From IMG/VR virus record IMGVR_UViG_3300030104_006454, positions 45,947 to 65,946 of that record: 20,000 bases of DNA. One strand, written 5' to 3'. Shown here one piece after another: positions 17,199 through 20,000 of the stretch. Within the stretch, counting starts at the first letter, position 1. The number at the start of each line of letters is the position of its first letter. The notes below the pieces were generated by a model. The model was not told where the DNA came from. It did not search any database and saw only the letters and a program-made list of their open reading frames with translations. The DNA is from an uncultured virus (IMG/VR IMGVR_UViG_3300030104_006454). Its lineage: Duplodnaviria > Heunggongvirae > Uroviricota > Caudoviricetes > Crassvirales. The position numbers and the translations under genes were made by a program.

Positions 17199-17394
17199 TA
17201 GACTAAAAACAATGAACTGTATAACAGTGTTAGATTTTGAAGTGGGAAAAGTGTTTCAATACAATATAGGTAAAGATCACTTATGCTGGAACCCTGAATA
17301 TGAGAGATGTGAGCAATTCTTAACAGGTGAAGGACACAATTTAAGTAACATAAACTGGATGGTACATAGTAATGAGGAAATAATTACAAATTAA
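17188..17394 (+). CDS. Hypothetical protein
   Basis: 68 aa; stop lies within motif copy 5. Confidence 0.7.
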   Translation: MKNNRLKTMNCITVLDFEVGKVFQYNIGKDHLCWNPEYERCEQFLTGEGHNLSNINWMVHSNEEIITN

Positions 17395-17418
17395 ATACGA
17401 TTGCTATTGGATAATATA
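17385..17418 (+). promoter_or_regulatory. Motif copy 5
   Basis: TACAAATTAAATACGA-ttgctatt-GGATAATATA. Confidence 0.75.
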
Positions 17419-17433
17419 TACAAATAACGATAT

Positions 17434-17643
17434 ATGATTTGTAAATGTAAAAATATAATACCACCTGGCAGAGTTAAACTTGGCTTTAGTACGTGTGTAA
17501 ACTGTTCAACAGTAGAAGCATATGGTTGCGCACCACTAATAAACCACAAAACCGGCAATTCTATTCAGATAATGTCAAGCAGTGACGCTGCTCGTATTGC
17601 CAAGTTAACTCGACGCAGGGGTTATGGAACAATGTTGGCTTAA
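17434..17643 (+). CDS. C4 zinc-finger protein, TraR/DksA-finger-like
   Basis: CKC...IPPGRVKLGFSTCVNCS resembles the C-x-IP-x2-R-x-CV-x-C pattern of DksA/TraR fingers; basic C-terminus (TRRRGYG). Confidence 0.6.
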   Translation: MICKCKNIIPPGRVKLGFSTCVNCSTVEAYGCAPLINHKTGNSIQIMSSSDAARIAKLTRRRGYGTMLA

Positions 17644-17657
17644 CTTTGTTTTCAAAA

Positions 17658-17909
17658 CGTGTGGAAGAACAAAGATCAGGTTAATTCTTGAGCCACACGG
17701 ACATGTAGAGGCTTGGGTGGTTGCGCGTAAGGCGAGTAGAGACAGTATCTAAGAACAGTTACAGCTTGAAATAATAGTGTACGACTGAGACGACAGTATC
17801 TCATCTTACTTACATGGCAGAACGGCAGGATAAAGCAAAATGTTCGTAAGTCTGTAAGTTCTTTATGAGTACGCAGAACAAGAACCACGCCTGCCCTCCC
17901 TCTTCATGT
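17658..17909 (+). ncRNA. Candidate structured non-coding RNA of unknown class
   Basis: GC-enriched intergenic stretch with at least 10 mutually compatible helices and a 6-bp pseudoknot pairing (see findings). Confidence 0.7.
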
Positions 17910-17943
17910 TACAAACTAAATACGATAATAGAAGGATAATATA
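17910..17943 (+). promoter_or_regulatory. Motif copy 6
   Basis: TACAAACTAAATACGA-taatagaa-GGATAATATA. Confidence 0.75.
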
Positions 17944-17958
17944 ATAAAATTAAATCAA

Positions 17959-18237
17959 ATGAAATTAACAAGTAAAAAAGTAAAACAATATATGGCGTGG
18001 AGAACTGATGAAGAGCTCACGCATTGCCCTAATGCTATTGCTGCGGCTTGCAATGATATGTACGAAGAGTACAGGCATAATGAGTTTCTTAAAATAACAG
18101 CAAAAGATTTTATGAAGCTATTATTCTTTAACGACCCAATAGTCGGTATGAATACACATAGCTATGGCTTTCACACAGCACAGGGTAGGCACATTATTAA
18201 CACTTTACAAAATAAATATTATGAGTACAAAAACTAA
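17959..18237 (+). CDS. Hypothetical protein
   Basis: 92 aa behind motif copy 6. Confidence 0.75.
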   Translation: MKLTSKKVKQYMAWRTDEELTHCPNAIAAACNDMYEEYRHNEFLKITAKDFMKLLFFNDPIVGMNTHSYGFHTAQGRHIINTLQNKYYEYKN

Positions 18238-18481
18238 ATTACCTAAATGGTTTAAAGGCGCTTGCTACGATGAAGGTAGCACAGTAAAAAATCCGTTCAG
18301 CGGAGAAGAATATGAATTAAATAATGTAGAACTTTCTATGTACGACTTTATAATAGGTAGTCAGATGGTGTTTGAAATGGCACCACAAACTGTTACGCCT
18401 GGCAAAGTTAGAGACTTTCAAAAAGGTCTTGACTGGTTCAGAAAAAACAATACTGACGCTTATTTTGTTTTACTAGATTAA
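18221..18481 (+). CDS. Hypothetical phage protein (start re-assigned to MSTKTKLPKWF)
   Basis: In-frame ATG at 18221 has an AT-rich leader and reduces the overlap with the upstream gene. Confidence 0.75.
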   Translation: MSTKTKLPKWFKGACYDEGSTVKNPFSGEEYELNNVELSMYDFIIGSQMVFEMAPQTVTPGKVRDFQKGLDWFRKNNTDAYFVLLD

Positions 18482-18491
18482 AATAAATAAT

Positions 18492-18662
18492 ATGGAAAAT
18501 ATAACACAAGATGAATTTAACGCTTACGAAGACGTAAGAGAATCAGGCATAACTAATATGTTTGACGTGAGTACTGTATCAGACTATTCAGGTTTGAGCA
18601 GAGACAAAATAATAACTATAATGAAGTCTTACGAGACACTATTCAACAAATATGGCCACTAG
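18492..18662 (+). CDS. Small protein, DUF5049-like (56 aa)
   Basis: Not in track. MENITQDEFNAYEDVRESGITNMFDVSTVSDYSGLSRDKIITIMKSYETLFNKYGH; the RxSGxTNMFD motif is recalled from DUF5049. Confidence 0.65.
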   Translation: MENITQDEFNAYEDVRESGITNMFDVSTVSDYSGLSRDKIITIMKSYETLFNKYGH

Positions 18663-19047
18663 ATCAGCAATAAGATTTGCTACACGTAAAGAAGGTGTAT
18701 CGTTCAACGAACTACCTGAAAATATAAACGCACAGTTCTATGCGCACTGGGACGGTTACCCATCACACAGAGGTGTAGAAATAGCTGAATCATTACTTCA
18801 TGGTCACAAGATTGAAGGCTGGGAAGTAGAAGATTTAGAACACAGGCATACTGACCTTGAGTTTATATACTATGTGTGGCAAGTAAAAGGCAAAGAAACT
18901 TGGATTAGTATATTTGAGCGCAGTGACTACAGCGAAGAGTCTTGGCATCTAGATTATGATGAAAAAGATGCTTTCAAATGTATATTTGTAGGTAAACCTA
19001 CAGATTTAATAGATAAATACAAACTAAATACGAACGAAGAAGGATAA
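18652..19047 (+). CDS. Conserved phage hypothetical protein (YxHxDGYP type)
   Basis: MATRS...FYAHWDGYP...EFIYYV; stop lies within motif copy 7. Confidence 0.75.
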   Translation: MATRSAIRFATRKEGVSFNELPENINAQFYAHWDGYPSHRGVEIAESLLHGHKIEGWEVEDLEHRHTDLEFIYYVWQVKGKETWISIFERSDYSEESWHLDYDEKDAFKCIFVGKPTDLIDKYKLNTNEEG

Positions 19048-19051
19048 TATA
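19018..19051 (+). promoter_or_regulatory. Motif copy 7
   Basis: TACAAACTAAATACGA-acgaagaa-GGATAATATA. Confidence 0.75.
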
Positions 19052-19054
19052 TAT

Positions 19055-19333
19055 ATGACTGATGAATTTTTAGACAAACTAGCTGACAAATTGTTAGACA
19101 AACTGTTAGAAAAATGTTCACAACCTGAATGGCATGTGCGAAGATCAGATGACTTTGTTAATAACTTATCAGGCATAATAGCTTTTAAAGAAAATGAAGA
19201 AGAACGTATGCTCGGTGAAATGTCTAAACTAATGACACTCATGGTAATGTACGAAGAAAAAGGTGATCAAGACAAAGCTAACTTAATGCAAGAAAAAGTA
19301 GACGAGATAAATAAAAAATTAAATAACAGATGA
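19055..19333 (+). CDS. Helical hypothetical protein
   Basis: 92 aa, ATGA-coupled to the ligase gene. Confidence 0.75.
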   Translation: MTDEFLDKLADKLLDKLLEKCSQPEWHVRRSDDFVNNLSGIIAFKENEEERMLGEMSKLMTLMVMYEEKGDQDKANLMQEKVDEINKKLNNR

Positions 19334-20000
19334 TGAGAAAAAAACCAATGCTAGCATACCCTGTTAGCGATAAACCAATAAACTATACTAAGCCTACGTT
19401 TATACAACCAAAGCTTGACGGCGTGAGATGTCTTATACAATACGAAGGCAGCGAAGCTAGTGGCTACGAAAGCGTTGTAGCATACTCACGTACAGGTAAA
19501 GTATGGCAAAACATTAATCACATACTAGCGTCGCTAATACCTTTTTTCAAAAAATACCCAGATGTAATACTCGATGGCGAGTTGTATAATCACAAATTTA
19601 AAGACGACTTTGAGTCTATAATATCTATGGTCAGAAAAACAAAACCAACAGACGAGGACAGATCTATATCACGTAAGAACGTACAGTTTCATTGTTACGA
19701 TATAGTTGATGAGACTATGCCATTTGAACAGCGTAATAAGTTTATTCTGTCTGCAGTATACAACAACTACGACTATGTACGTGTACTACCTTGTCAACAA
19801 GTTACTAGCGACGACAACGCTAAAAAAATACACAAACTAAACCTCGATGCAGGTTTCGAAGGCTCTATTGTACGTACTAATGATACGTATCAATGTAAGC
19901 GTTCACATAATCTACGTAAATTCAAAGACTTCAGCGATGCCGAAGCTACGATCGTAGGTTATCTAGATGGTAAAGGCAAAAGGACTGGCACGCTTGGCAA
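19330..20000 (+). CDS. lig: ATP-dependent DNA ligase (partial, runs off window)
   Basis: Not in track. MMRKKPMLA...QPKLDGVR (motif I), YSRTGK, ILDGELY (III), FHCYDI (IIIa), FEGSIVR (IV), LRKFKDF (V). Confidence 0.93.
   Translation, partial: MMRKKPMLAYPVSDKPINYTKPTFIQPKLDGVRCLIQYEGSEASGYESVVAYSRTGKVWQNINHILASLIPFFKKYPDVILDGELYNHKFKDDFESIISMVRKTKPTDEDRSISRKNVQFHCYDIVDETMPFEQRNKFILSAVYNNYDYVRVLPCQQVTSDDNAKKIHKLNLDAGFEGSIVRTNDTYQCKRSHNLRKFKDFSDAEATIVGYLDGKGKRTGTLG

Noticed and set aside
17676..17888. 70-aa minus-strand ORF over the RNA candidate
   Set aside because: Non-ATG start, opposite to all neighbours, atypical composition; nested helices explain the region better.
17658..17909. Group I/II intron, RNase P, tmRNA or hammerhead identity for the structured RNA
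   Set aside because: Interrupts no ORF; no GUGCG start with domain V, no group I P7 pair, no GAGGAAAGUC, no terminal T-arm/CCA, no CUGAnGA core found by eye.
18206..18218. Eighth motif copy (TACAAAATAAATA)
   Set aside because: Only part of the left box; lacks CGA and GGATAATATA, and could arise by chance in AT-rich DNA.
14866..19051. The repeated 34-nt motif as a CRISPR array
   Set aside because: Copies are 127-1405 nt apart and separated by genes, have a variable internal 8-mer, and no cas genes are visible.
1..20000. Stop-codon reassignment as in some crAss-like phages
   Set aside because: Long genes are intact in the standard code, and TGA and TAG act as ordinary stops (ATGA overlaps; TAG at 15283-85 and 18660-62).

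Overview
AT-rich, densely coded fragment of a tailed dsDNA phage genome, most likely a marine Bacteroidota/Flavobacteriia-type phage (inferred from gene content and from A/T-rich leaders without Shine-Dalgarno sites). Bases 1-14583 are a minus-strand morphogenesis block: probable scaffold, portal, TerL, probable TerS, a tandem GroES-like protein, a holin, a HExxH protein, a wHTH protein, three tandem paralogs, groEL followed by groES, many small basic proteins, and two copies of a cassette pairing a PAP2/haloperoxidase-fold enzyme with a Lys/Met-rich histone-like protein. After a non-coding strand switch (~14584-14865) comes a plus-strand early-type region of small ORFs ending in a partial ATP-dependent DNA ligase. 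The early region is punctuated by seven copies of TACAAACTAAATACGA-N8-GGATAATATA. It also holds an unannotated ~250-nt highly structured, apparently pseudoknotted RNA candidate (17658-17909) directly behind a TraR/DksA-like zinc-finger ORF, and a tRNA-minihelix-like element (15340-15388). All family calls are from motif recognition by eye; no database searches were run.
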